This document shows, piece after piece, positions 26,705 through 38,765 of a stretch of 64,000 nt of DNA (its first letter is position 1; each line of letters starts with the position of its first letter). A program made the position numbers and the translations under genes. Under the pieces are notes generated by a model. The model was not told the DNA's origin and did not search any database. It saw nothing but the letters and a program-made list of their open reading frames with translations. Location: contig NC_057734.1 in the NCBI RefSeq assembly GCF_004010195.1, positions 44,961,605 through 45,025,604 of the forward strand, read 5' to 3'. The DNA is from Chiloscyllium plagiosum. Its lineage: Eukaryota.

Positions 26705-27990
26705 GGGCATCACAGGGTCATACAGCATGGAAACAGATCCTTCGGTCCAACCAGTCCGTGCTGAACATAATCCCAAAACAAACTAGTCCCACCTGCATCC
26801 TCGTGGTCCGTAACCCTCTAAACCTTTCCTATCCACGTACTTATCCAAAAATCTTTTAAATATTGTAATTGTACCCATATTCACTGTTTCCTCAGGAAGT
26901 TCATTCCACATGCGAACCACCCTCTGTCTAAAATATTTGTCCCTCTTGTCTTTAAATCTCTCTCTTCTCACCTTAAAAACTTGCCCTCTAGTCTTGAAAT
27001 CCCCCATCCAGGGAAAAGACAACTACCATTAACTCTGTCTGTACCCATCATTATTTTATAAACTTCCATCAGGTCACCTTTCAACCTCCGACACTCCAGT
27101 GAAAAAAAGTCCCAGCCTTCCTTTATAACTCAAATCCTCCACACCCAGCAACATCTCTCAGAATTTGCCAAAGATAGGGAAGCATTAGACCATATCCTTT
27201 TAAACCCTTCCTATTCATATACCCATCCAGACGCCTTTTACATGTTGTAAATGTACCAGCATTCACCATCTCCTTGGGCAGCTCATTCTATACACGCACC
27301 ATCCTCTGCATGAAATAGTTGCCCCTTAGGTCCCTTTCATGTATCTTTCCCCTCTTACCTGAAAGTTTACCTTATCCCTACCCTGGGATAAAGACCTTGG
27401 CTATTCACCCTATCCATGTCCCTCATAATTTTATAAACCTCTATATGGTCACTCTTCATCCTGCAATGTTCCAGGGAAAATAACCCTAGCCCATTCAGCC
27501 TCTCTCTATACCTCAAGCTCTCCAACCCCAAAAACATCTTTGAAAACCTCTTCTGCATCCTTTCAAGTTTAACAACATTCTTCCCTCTATCAGAGATACC
27601 AAAACTGAACGCAGTAATCCAGAAGTGGGCTCACCAATGTTCCCAAATCCTATACTTTATGCACTGACCAATAAAGGCAAGTGTACCAAATGCCTTCTTC
27701 CCCATCCAGTCTACCTGCAACTTTGCCTTCAAGAAACTATGAGGCTGCACCCCAAGGTTAGGCAACACTTCTCAGGAATCTACCATTAAGTGTATATGTC
27801 TTGCCCTTACCAAAATTCAACACCTCACATTTATTTTAATTAAACTTTATCTGCTGCTCCTCAGTCCATCTGATCAAGGTCCTGTTGTACTCGGAGATAA
27901 CACTGTTCACTACATCACCCGTTTTGGTGTCCTCTGCAAACTTTCTAACTATTCCTCCTATATTCACATCCAAATCATTTATATAAATGG
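26705..27990 (-). mobile_element. Two tandem CR1 3' fragments
   Basis: FRQRVVRMWNELPEE, LFSLEHCRMKSDHIEVYKIM and the family tails. Confidence 0.8.
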
Positions 27991-28394
27991 CATCTAGTTC
28001 CTATTTGTTTAGTCTCTTTTTCACTTCTGCATAATAAAATTCAGTCATTGTTTTTACCACCATAATAAAATTCCATCCTGTTGTTAAGGAACATTTACAG
28101 CTTTATGTATATTTTCATGACTAATCATCAGATTAACTAAAATAAAATTAAACATATGGGCCTCAAGTCAGGTTTCATTCTATTATCGGTTTGTCCAGCA
28201 ATACCATCAGCCAGGTTCATAACATACACCGTAAGATTACAATGCATCTGTATATCCCACACAAGATCATTCCCCAAAACAGCATGAAATTTATTTTCCA
28301 AAATTTGATTCATGTTCATTATTAGATTCTTAATTCCAGATGTTGTTTTGCCTCAAATTCCACCATCAGCCATGGCAAGATTTGATTCCAGGTC

Positions 28395-28685
28395 CCCAGA
28401 CATCTGGGTTCGATTCCAGCATTGGTGACTGTGTAGAGTTTGCACATTGTCCCCGCGTCTGCCTGGGTTTCCTCCCACAGTCTAAAGATGTGCAGGTTAG
28501 GTGGGTTGCCTGTGCTAAATTGCTCACAGTGTCCAGGAATGTGTAAATTAGGTGGATTAGCTGTGGGAAATACAGGCTTACCAGGATAGGGTGGTGGGAG
28601 GTGAGTCTGGATGGGATCCTCTTTGGATAGTTGATATGGACTTGTTGGGCTGAATGGCTTGTTTCCACACTGTAGGGATTCTATG
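28395..28685 (+). mobile_element. HE1/V-SINE-like SINE
   Basis: GGGTTCGATTCC B box, V-type core and CR1-like tail. Confidence 0.8.
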
Positions 28686-30240
28686 GAACTAACAGAAACT
28701 GCAAGTTCCACAAATATCCTGATCCAAAATGATGGGGGAGCCTGGCACAGCCAGACATACTGAGTAGATCATCCATCTTGGCCCTCTCCTAAGGTCACCA
28801 GGATCACAGGGACCACTCTTCAACCAATTCCATTCATCCATATAATATCAAGAAATTCCAGAAGACACTGGATGCTACAAAAGCTATTGCAGCATACAGA
28901 GCTACAATATTCCAACAGTACTGAACTGAATAATAGTGAAGACTTCTGCTCCAGAACTACATCTATAATTATCTAGCTTCCAATACAGTTACAACACTGA
29001 CAATTGTCTCATGATGTTGCAAATTGGCCAGGTACATCCTGTGCAGAAAAAGCAGGACAAATACATCCCGGCTAATTAATGCCCTGTAGTCTACTCTCAG
29101 TCATCAGCAAAGTGATGACAGAGATTGTTAACATTGGTAACAAGTGGGACTTGCAAAGGAAAAACCTGCTCACTGAAGCTTAGGTTGGCTTCTGCCAGGG
29201 TCACTTGGCTCCTCACCTCATTATGGCCTTGTCCAAACATAGAAATAACAGCTGAACTCCAGAGGTTAGGTGAAATTTGTTGCCCATAACATCTAGGTAG
29301 CATTCAACCAGGTATCAAGAAGCCCAAGCAAAGCTGGAATCAGTGGGAATTGGGGGAAAGCTTTCTGCTGGTTTTAGACATACCTGGCTCAAAGGAAGAT
29401 AGTTGTGGAGGTTGAGGTCCATTATCTCAGCTCCAGGATATGTCTGCAAGACTTCTTCAGGGTAGTCTCCTAGGCCTGACCATCTTCAGTTGCTTCATCA
29501 ATAAACTTCCCTCCATCATAAGGTTAGAAGTGGATAATTGTGATTATTGCACAATGTTCAGCACCTTTCATGACTCCTCAGATACTGAAGCTGTTCATTT
29601 TCATATACAGCAAAACCTGGATACCAACTACTCTTGGGCTGATTCACAGCACACAAATGCAAGACAATGACCATTTTCAACAAGACAGAATCTAATCATT
29701 AAACAAAATAAAATGAAAGAACTGCAGATGCTGGAAATCAGAAACAAAATCAGAACTTGATGGAAAATCTTAGCAGTTCTGGTAGTATCTGTGGAGAGAA
29801 AGCAGAGTTAACATTTCCAGATCCAGTGATATTTGTTCAGAACTGATTGTCACCCTGAAAATATGCTGAAGATGGGATGCGGGGGTGGGTGGAGAGGAAT
29901 AAACGATAGGTAGAGATGGAACCCAGAGAGAGAGAACAACAGTTAGGTAGACAAAGGAGTAGGTAAAGGTTAGCCTGGAGGAATCAATTGTTGCTAATGG
30001 GGATCATTAGGAGCTGACCGTGGGATGGTTGTGGTACCAGCCCGTGTGAGGACAAGGCCTGGTGTGTGGGGGTTGAGAGAAGGATATGGGAAAAAGCACT
30101 CAGGCCTGAAACTTAGTTGAACCTGACATTGAGTCCTGAAGGTTGCAGGGTCTTCATGGGGAAAGTAATATGCTGTTCTTCCAGATCTTGGGTTATTATG
30201 TTGGTCATCCGTATTTCAGATGAAATCTACTCTTTCTAGT

Positions 30241-30386
30241 GAATGGGAGAAAGTGAGGACTGCAAATGCTGGGGATCAGAGTTGAGAGTGTGGAATTCCT
30301 GATGAAGGGCTTATGCCCGAAACGTCGATTCTCCTGCTCATCGGATACTGCCTGACCTGCTGTGCTTTTCCAGTACCACACTCTCG
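30241..30386 (+). mobile_element. Short PLE terminal insert with 12-bp TSD
   Basis: TSD ACTCTTTCTAGT at 30229-30240 and 30387-30398. Confidence 0.8.
30293..30335 (+). ncRNA. Minimal hammerhead ribozyme motif (PLE type), core intact
   Basis: CTGATGA-A-GGGC(TTAT)GCCC-GAAA-CGTC: conserved core, 4-bp stem II, palindromic ACGT stem III, GUC cleavage triplet ending at 30326. Stem I is weak by eye. Confidence 0.65.
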
Positions 30387-31367
30387 ACTCTTTCTAGTAA
30401 CTGTAAAATATCTCAATAAGATACTATTTTCAAGAGCAAGGGAACTATTCCTGATACTTTAGACAATATTTAACCCTCAAACGACATCATTTAAAAAAAT
30501 CACATTGTTGCCTGTGGCAGCTGACTGAATGTTTCCTACATTGCAATAGTGACCACCATTTATGATTCCTCACACTCTGAAGCAGTGTATGTCCAAATGT
30601 AACAAGATCTGACAATGTCCAGCCTTAGGCTGACAAGTCATAAGTAATGTTCCCCTCACTATCAACATCCTGGGGGTTATCATTGACCAGAAACTTAACT
30701 GGACTCACTTTACAAATATAACGACTGCAACAGCAGGTCAGATGATAGAAATACTGCAAAGAGTAACTCACCTCCTGACTCCCCAAAGCCTGTCCACCAT
30801 CTATAAGTGATGGAATACTCCCTACTCGTCTGGATGAGTCCAGCTCCAATAACACTCAAGAAGCTTGACATCCTCCAGGACAAAGCAGCCCACTCGATTG
30901 GCACCTCATCCACAAACATTCAGTCACTTTACCATCGACTTGATAACAGCATTGTGTGCTATCTACAACATGGATTTCAGAAGTTCACGAAAGATCTTTA
31001 GACAGCACCTTTCAAACCCACAACCACTTCCATCTAGAACGACAAGGGCAGCAGATATGTGGGAACACCACCATGTCCCAGACACCCATTACCCTGACTT
31101 AGAAGAATTGTTGTTTCTTCACTGTCACTGTGTCAAAATCCTACAATTCCCTCCCTGATGGCATTGTGTATGCACCTACAGCACATCCACTGCAGCAGTT
31201 CAAGAAGGCAGCCGACCACTACTCTCCAGGCATGGGCAATAATTGCTGGTCCATGATCTATGAGTTAAAAAGAAAAAGTATTTAATTAGCTGGAATGTGC
31301 TTTGGAATATCTGGTGGGTCATGAAAAACACTATATAAATGCAGGTCTTTCTTTTAGTGAAACAATT

Positions 31368-32018
31368 TGTTAGGTTCTTTTCCTGAGGTTTCACACACGA
31401 GATGCAATTTGGACACACCAACTTCTGCAAACAATTAAAGTTTATTAAAGCCTGTACAAGCTAGGTACCCCCTTTGACACTCTCTGCAGGCCTGCGAAGT
31501 CAAGTCAAAAAAGGCCCCCAACAAAGGATACACATCCCCTTTATACAGGTCACTTGGTAATGCTTACAGGTATTCCAACCATTCCTCACCCCATAACCAC
31601 ATGTTACCCCAGGTACAATGGTAAGATGAGGTCATTCTCGGAGATAATGTAACTGGAAATGCCCTAATATGAAAACAATTTCCTGACTCTGTGATTCCCC
31701 AAAACAATGCAGGTGTGATGTGCTTCAGTATCAGGGGATGATCACGCAAACAAACTTGATTGGCTGGGGATGGCTATGAAAGCATATCTGAATGGAAGGG
31801 ACTGAATGAGAGTTTAATCTGATAATAGCAGTAGAATAGTAGTAAATGACTGCCCAAATGAAGTATGAATTACAATAGATAGTCATCCTGCATGCTATCT
31901 GTGAGTCAGAAAGTTGCCCCCACCCACTTCCAGAACGTTCAGCTTCTTGGAGAAAGACAGGACAGGACATTACATTAATGTCCAGAGAGATAGTACAATT
32001 TAATCTTTTAATATTACA
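31368..32018 (-). repeat. 3' LTR
   Basis: Minus strand TGTAAT...CCTAACA with TATAAA at about 31540 and AATAAA at 31441-31446, preceded by the purine tract AAAAGGTGGAG. Confidence 0.85.
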
Positions 32019-32137
32019 CTCCACCTTTTATCATCCCACGATAATCACCGAGATGACACTAGCAGCTTTCATAAGACAGCCAGTTTTTAAGCAAGTTATT
32101 GACACACAACATGCAATGATTATAACAACAAAAATTA

Positions 32138-32839
32138 CTAGTCCATGCATTGGATAGGATCTCCAGGATCCTCCCATATGGAAAAAAGTTCACAAGTAAA
32201 GTTCTTAAATCCACAGTCCTTAGTGACCACTCCACCCCCTCCAAGTCGAGTGGAAACAAGTAGTTCTCTAAAATCTCCTTCAGTAAAGTCCAACCTAAAA
32301 ACAAAATCCAGTCTGTCCTTCTGCATCACTCCACGGAGAAATCTGAATGCTTGGATAAGCGCAGTTAAATACTTAACAAAACTGACAAGACTTTCATCCT
32401 TGCAGAGATGCTTCAGACGGATGATACCAGTGCATCTGAGTGTGCAGTGCAGCAGCTGCAGCTGCAGCAGCAGGCGAGGTAAACACAGCATTCTTTGCTG
32501 CTTCTGCTCCCGCTCTGTTGTCAAATGTAACAAAGCCAAATGGCTGTTGTGATGTTACCTTGATCAATGAACCTTCATATCCCTTAAATGATCGAAAGAG
32601 AAGATAAAACTCATGTAGTTAATGTCCATAGGATGGCCACTGACAAAAAGTATACGCACCTCCTCTTCACTATTGTTAGCTTCTTCACTTTTTGTGCTCA
32701 AGACTGGGGAACTGATTGAATCTGTTGGATCAGGTTGTGGAGAAGAGGATGATGGTTCGAAGGCATGATTTACCGATGAATGGAGAAACTCTAGAGACGA
32801 TGTTAGCTGCTGAAAGTATCTTTGCATTTCCTCTCTCAT
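32138..32839 (-). pseudogene. Interrupted ORF of unknown family inside the LTR element
   Basis: ORFs 32564..32839 and 32138..32539 are in the same frame, separated by two stops within 9 codons. Confidence 0.4.
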
Positions 32840-33076
32840 TCCTTCCTTGCCAAGGTGGTTATCATATGAAGACAGTCACACATTTAACTACACTAAATTT
32901 TAAGACCATAAGACATAGGAGTGGAAGTAAGGCCATTCAGCCCATCGAGTCCACTCTGCCATTTAATCATGGCTGATGGGCATTTCAACTCCACTTACCA
33001 GCATTCTCCCTCTAGCCCTTAATTCCTTGTGACATCAAGAATTTATCAATCTCTGCCTTGAAGCCATTTAGCGTCC

Positions 33077-34037
33077 NNNNNNNNNNNNNNNNNNNNNNNN
33101 NNNNNNNNNNNNNNNNNNNNNNNNNNNNNNNNNNNNNNNNNNNNNNNNNNNNNNNNNNNNNNNNNNNNNNNNNNNNNNNNNNNNNNNNNNNNNNNNNNNN
33201 NNNNNNNNNNNNNNNNNNNNNNNNNNNNNNNNNNNNNNNNNNNNNNNNNNNNNNNNNNNNNNNNNNNNNNNNNNNNNNNNNNNNNNNNNNNNNNNNNNNN
33301 NNNNNNNNNNNNNNNNNNNNNNNNNNNNNNNNNNNNNNNNNNNNNNNNNNNNNNNNNNNNNNNNNNNNNNNNNNNNNNNNNNNNNNNNNNNNNNNNNNNN
33401 NNNNNNNNNNNNNNNNNNNNNNNNNNNNNNNNNNNNNNNNNNNNNNNNNNNNNNNNNNNNNNNNNNNNNNNNNNNNNNNNNNNNNNNNNNNNNNNNNNNN
33501 NNNNNNNNNNNNNNNNNNNNNNNNNNNNNNNNNNNNNNNNNNNNNNNNNNNNNNNNNNNNNNNNNNNNNNNNNNNNNNNNNNNNNNNNNNNNNNNNNNNN
33601 NNNNNNNNNNNNNNNNNNNNNNNNNNNNNNNNNNNNNNNNNNNNNNNNNNNNNNNNNNNNNNNNNNNNNNNNNNNNNNNNNNNNNNNNNNNNNNNNNNNN
33701 NNNNNNNNNNNNNNNNNNNNNNNNNNNNNNNNNNNNNNNNNNNNNNNNNNNNNNNNNNNNNNNNNNNNNNNNNNNNNNNNNNNNNNNNNNNNNNNNNNNN
33801 NNNNNNNNNNNNNNNNNNNNNNNNNNNNNNNNNNNNNNNNNNNNNNNNNNNNNNNNNNNNNNNNNNNNNNNNNNNNNNNNNNNNNNNNNNNNNNNNNNNN
33901 NNNNNNNNNNNNNNNNNNNNNNNNNNNNNNNNNNNNNNNNNNNNNNNNNNNNNNNNNNNNNNNNNNNNNNNNNNNNNNNNNNNNNNNNNNNNNNNNNNNN
34001 NNNNNNNNNNNNNNNNNNNNNNNNNNNNNNNNNNNNN
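33077..34037. other. Assembly gap (961 N)
   Basis: Run of N. Confidence 1.
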
Positions 34038-34680
34038 CAGGGTCTGGCGATGGAGGAGGCCAAGGACCTGCATATCCTTGGCGGAGTGGGAGGGGGAGTT
34101 AAAGTGTTCAGCCACGGGGCGGTTGGGTTGGTTGGTGCGGGTGTCCCAGAGGTGTTCCCTGAAACGTTCTACAAGTAGGCGGCCTGTCTCCCCAATGTAG
34201 AAGAGACCACATCGGGTCCAACGGATACAGTAAATGATGTGTGTGGAGGTGCAGGTGAATTTGCGACGGATATGGAAGGATCCACTGGGGCCTTGGAGGG
34301 AGGTGAGGGGGGAGGTGTGGGTACAAGGTTTGCACTTCTTGCGGTTGCATGGGAAGGTGCTGGGAGTGAAGGTGGGATTGGTGGGGGGTGTGGACCTGAC
34401 CCAACCCCAGGATTCAGCACCACCCTCTTGACCTGCAATCTTCTTCCTGACCTCTCCACCCCCACTCCCTCTCCAGCCTATCACCTCACCCTCACCTCCT
34501 TCCACCTATCGTATTCCCAGTGCCCCTCCCCCAAATTCCCTCCCCCTACCCTTTATCTCAGCTCGCTTGGCACACCAGCATCATTCCTGAAGAAGGGCTT
34601 ATGCCCGAAACGTCGATTCTCCTGCTCCTCGGATGCTGCCTGGCCTGCTGTGTTTTTCCAGCACCACATTTTTCAACTTG
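34038..34680. mobile_element. Penelope-like fragment with inverted arrangement (GIY-YIG on minus, terminal repeat on plus)
   Basis: Minus: FTCTSTHIIYCIRWTRCGLFYIGETGRLLVERFREH. Plus 34400-34680 matches 340-600 and has an intact hammerhead core at 34587-34614. Confidence 0.85.
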
Positions 34681-34969
34681 TAGTATTTCAAACAAATCAG
34701 AGGCTCATGGCCCTCAATCAATTTGTTTTTTTAGGCTACAAGTTTGATTATTTTAAGAATATAATGTTGTATAATATTAATGTAAAAACAAAATCTGCCC
34801 TATTACATAGCCCACAAAACATACTGAATTGAGATCCTCATTCAAATAAGGCAAAACAGATACTTCGTTATTTTCTGAAGCAGTATTTTAACAAACTGAA
34901 ATATTTAAATATCAAACACTTTCAGTATGGCATAATTTACATTGAAACATCCCCCTCGATCTAAGTTTA

Positions 34970-36510
34970 CAGAGTCATAGAGATGTACAGCACAGAAACA
35001 GACCCTTTGGTCCAACTCATCCATGCCGATCAGATATCTCAATCCAATCTAGTCCCACCTGCCAGGACCCAGCTCATATTCCTCCAAACCCTTCCTATCA
35101 CATACTCCAGATGCCTTTATATGTTGCAATTGTACTAGCCTCCAGTATTGCGTGCAATTCTGGTCTCCTTTCTATCGGAAAGATGTTGTGAAATTTGAAA
35201 AGGTTCAGAAAATATTTACAAGGATGTTGCCAGAGTTGGAGGATTTGAGATGTAGGGAGAGGCTGAACAAACTGGGGCTGTTTTCCCTGGAGCATTGGAG
35301 GCTGAGGGGTGACCTTATAGAGCTTTACAAAATTATGAGGGGCATGGATAGGACAAATAGACAAAGTCTTTTTCCTGGTTGGGGGAATCCAGATCTAGAG
35401 GGCATAGGTTTAGGGTGAGAGGGGAAAGATGTAAAAGGGACTTTAGGGGCAACTTTTTCACGCAGAGGGTGGTACCTGTATGGAATGAGCTGCCAGAGGA
35501 AGTAGTGGCAGCTGGTACAATTGCAACATTTAAAAGGAAATTGGATGGGTATATGAATAGGAAAGGTTTGGAGGGATATGGGCCGGGTGCTGGCAGGTGG
35601 GACTAGATTGGGTTGGGATAACTGGTCAGCATGGATGGGTTGGACCTGTTAGCGTGGATGAAATGATATCAGTCCGAGCCCAGAGTGCGGTTCAACAATC
35701 GGTAACGTTTATTGCTACAGTAACGCCGGCGGAGACCAACCGAGGTCCAAATCTCGGCTGCTCTCCTGTTCCCACGCGCTGCTACATATTATATACTTTT
35801 AGTTGTCAGGATGTGTGGAATTTGAGGATGAATGGGATGATAGTTCCCCATCATCACTGGAGTAGGTGCAAATAGTATGTTTCCTGCCGTCCCAGGAGAG
35901 TTGCAGGGCACGCACAATAGGGTGTTAATTGGTTTATGTAAAACGGGTCCGCGTATTATCTGCTTGTCTCTCTCTGTGAGGGCAGGGGCTAGCAACCCCC
36001 TTTGTTCCCTTGGGGTGTTGGTGTGTATTGGTCTGTCCGTTTCTGTCTGGTGGATGCCTGTCCTTTGTGTCAGGGTGGTTCTGTATCGATGGGTATGGGT
36101 GTGTTTCAGTCAGTCTCTTGATGTGATTAGGAGATGGGTTTCCATATTAATTAATTCCGGAGTTTTGGTCTATGAGTCATGGGTAGTGTTGGTCTAGTGT
36201 GGATTTGATCTGTCCTCTGTCTCCTATCTCCCGGTCACGTGAGCGGATCAGCAGCTGCTGAGTTCTGTGGGTTTAAAGCTGCGACTGCTGTTTAAAACAC
36301 AAAATGAATTCTTATAGTTTCCTGATGTAGGCATAGTCCCGTGGCAAAAGCAGGGCGGTTCTGATGCCCGCTTGCAGACCGAAGGGTCTGTTTCCATGCT
36401 GTACATCTCTACGATGCTATGACTTCCTCTGGCAGCTCATTCCATACACGCACCACCCTCTGCATGAAAAAGCCTAATCAACCTCCCCTATAGCTCAAAT
36501 CCTCCAACCC
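34970..36510. mobile_element. CR1 3' fragments in both orientations, interrupted by a solo LTR
   Basis: ORFs 35152..35418 and 35379..35606 are the CR1 ORF2 C-terminus. The tail ...GGTTGGACC|GAAGGGTCTGTTTCC is split at 35646/36377. Confidence 0.85.
35647..36376 (-). mobile_element. Solo LTR (730 bp) with 4-bp TSD
   Basis: TGTTAGCG...CGCTTGCA termini. TSD GACC at 35643-35646 and 36377-36380. TATA-like motif at about 35790 and AATAAA at about 35708, both on minus. Confidence 0.85.
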
Positions 36511-36989
36511 TTCTCATTTTTTTTGCATCCGCTCCATGACATTACACTTATAAAAATAGAAAACCCTTGCAGCAGACCACAAGGCGCCACAGTGCAAGCC
36601 ACTCCCCTTCCCTCACACAGTTGAGTTTGCAGCCCAGAAACAGAGACTCCCACAACAAAACCTGGAAAAAGCTTTCCCAGCAGTCAGTGCACTTCACTGT
36701 TGGGATCCGAATGGACTGGCTTCACTTTCTTCCCCTTTTCATGTTGACGCCATGTTGTCCGAAAAGTACTTCCAAGGGGTGGAGTGGGCGATAAAGGCAA
36801 TAACTTTAAGATGTATCAAATTTTGTTTAGATGTTTTTCTTTGAAGTTTCTAATTTCTAATTTTTTAATGCTCTGGAGCCTCAAACCTCATGTCTGTAGA
36901 ACATTAACCCCTTTTACCAAGGGGGCTCTAACTCCTTTCTGATTTTACTTCTCATAGGGACACGAACCCCTTTTCTTACTCAATTATGT

Positions 36990-37120
36990 CTGGGGACTTG
37001 AACCCCAATTAAAACCCGGGAGTCTCTAACCCCAATTAAAATCCGGGGGACTCTAACCCTAAGTGATCCAGAGGTCTCTAACCCCAATTAAAACACAGGG
37101 GACTCTAACCCCAATTAAAC
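36990..37120. repeat. Tandem repeat of about 24-25 bp (GGGGACTCTAACCCCAATTAAAACC-like) in the LTR element leader
   Basis: About 5 recognisable units, with more degenerate units back to about 36895. Confidence 0.8.
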
Positions 37121-37345
37121 GCCAGCTTCATGCAAAACGACTCGTTAGTGTACGAGTTACCTCAAAGATTCCATCACCATCAAGTCCCAGGAGTCGAGGG
37201 GTCGACTGAGTGTTAAGTTTAGAGAGAGAGAGAAAGAGATCAAGGTGAATCTTACCTTGTGGGCCCATTCGTCTCATGCAACCAACATTCAGACGATTGC
37301 ACATTCAAGTTCCGTTTATGTTGGAGTCCTACTGCAGCCGACATA

Positions 37346-38000
37346 TGTTAGGTTTGTTTCCCGAGGTTTCATACATGAGATGTAATTCACACACACCAAC
37401 TTCTGCAAACAATTAAAGTTTATTAAAGCCAGTATAAGCTGGGTGAACATGGTTGACACTCTTCGCAGGTGTGTGAAGTCAAGTCAAAAGAGGCCCCAAA
37501 CAAAGGAAATACATCCCCTTTATACAGGTCAGTTGGTAATGCTCACAGGTAGTCCACCATTCCCCACCCCCATAACCACATGTTGCCCAGATTCCTCCAA
37601 GGTAATGTAAATGTATACGCCCTAATCCTAGGGAATCATTATACAAATGATTTCCTGACTCCGTGATTCCCCAAGATAATGTAGGTACGATATGCTTCAA
37701 TATCGGGGGGGGGTGATCACACAAACAAATTTGATTGGCTGGGGATGGCTATGAAACCATTTCTGAATGGAAGGGACTGAATGAGCATTTAATTTCATAA
37801 TCACAGGACAGTAGTAGTAAATGAAGTGTGACTTACAATAGATAGCCATCCACATTTCCACATTCCTGCATGCTGCCTGTGACACAGAATGTCGCCCCCA
37901 CCCACTTCCAGCAAGTTCAGCTTTTTGGAGAAAGACAGTACAGTTTAACCCTTACATTAATGTCCAGAGAGATAGTACAATTTAATCTTTTAACATTACA
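37346..38000 (-). repeat. 5' LTR
   Basis: Homologous to 31368-32018. Followed on minus by a PBS-like site and a splice donor AAG/GTAAGA at about 37255. Confidence 0.85.
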
Positions 38001-38454
38001 AATTAAACTGGCAAACATATTCAACAATTCAAATAAGAGGATGAGGGTGCTGCATCATTTGTTTTGGAATATTGTGTGTATATTATCTTTCTGCTGACTT
38101 GTTAGATATTATTGCTTTTGTACCACAACTGGGATAATTAAAATCCAATCATGTAAATGATTTTAATTATCGGAAATGACGATAAATCTATCCTTTGTTT
38201 TCATACTACCCTTCCTATTAAAACACCTCTAAATTGGTTTTCTCTCTAGAAATAGAATAATAATTTGTTTCTTAATCCCATTTACCATACATCCTTTAAT
38301 AATTTGAATTTTTCATCATAACAGATTATTAATCCAAGTTAATTTGCCTGTTCTGTATACAATAATCTGGGAAACTAAGTCACATCAAAGTGTAACTTCC
38401 CTCCAAACGAATCAAGTACAATTTTCTTAGAACTTTAAATGACTTAAGCATTCG

Positions 38455-38765
38455 ATCAAGGCTGATACTTGAATGCAGTAATGAGGATGTGTTGCACTGT
38501 AGCAGCAGGTTTTTTAAAATGTTGGGATGTTTATCTAAACCATGTCCACCTTAAAAATTGAGCATTACATATCTCAGGCCATAAAGAGAAAAGTAACCCC
38601 TGGTTCCTCCCTGACAAATTATCTTATTTTGTTACTACTTGAGGGATCTTGCTGCACTTTAATTTGTTGATGCATTTCCTATTAATTCCAAGAATTATAT
38701 TTAAAATACTTGATTAACTATAAGTACGTTGGGATACCTGAACTGTTGAAAGCGCCATAAAACCA
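38455..38765 (+). mobile_element. Highly degraded Deu-SINE-like element
   Basis: CAAGGCTGATACTTGAATGCAGTAATGAGG..TGTTGCACTGT, GGGATCTTGCTG and a GAAAGCGCCATAAAA tail. Related remnants at about 16500-17040 (-), 23620-23710, 24810-24935 and 30430-30560. Confidence 0.45.

Larger units (their letters stand above)
31368..38000 (-). mobile_element. Two-LTR retroelement (ERV/Gypsy-like), apparently non-autonomous, with nested insertions
   Basis: Homologous LTRs 31368-32018 and 37346-38000, TG...CA ends, AATT TSD (31364-31367 and 38001-38004), PPT at 32019-32030, PBS-like site at about 37324-37343. Confidence 0.85.

Noticed and set aside
33012-34505. Three long ORFs (331-497 aa) in the track
   Set aside because: Artefacts of translating through the N gap; the flanks are CR1 and PLE fragments.
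36305-36376. Peptide LQAGIRTALLLPRDYAYIRKL resembling an R4-type non-LTR C-terminus
   Set aside because: It lies at the end of a TG...CA element with a 4-bp TSD and is better explained as non-coding LTR sequence.
36895-37120. Regularly spaced repeats resembling a CRISPR array
   Set aside because: The units are contiguous with no unique spacers and there are no cas genes in this vertebrate DNA; it is a minisatellite in a retroelement leader.
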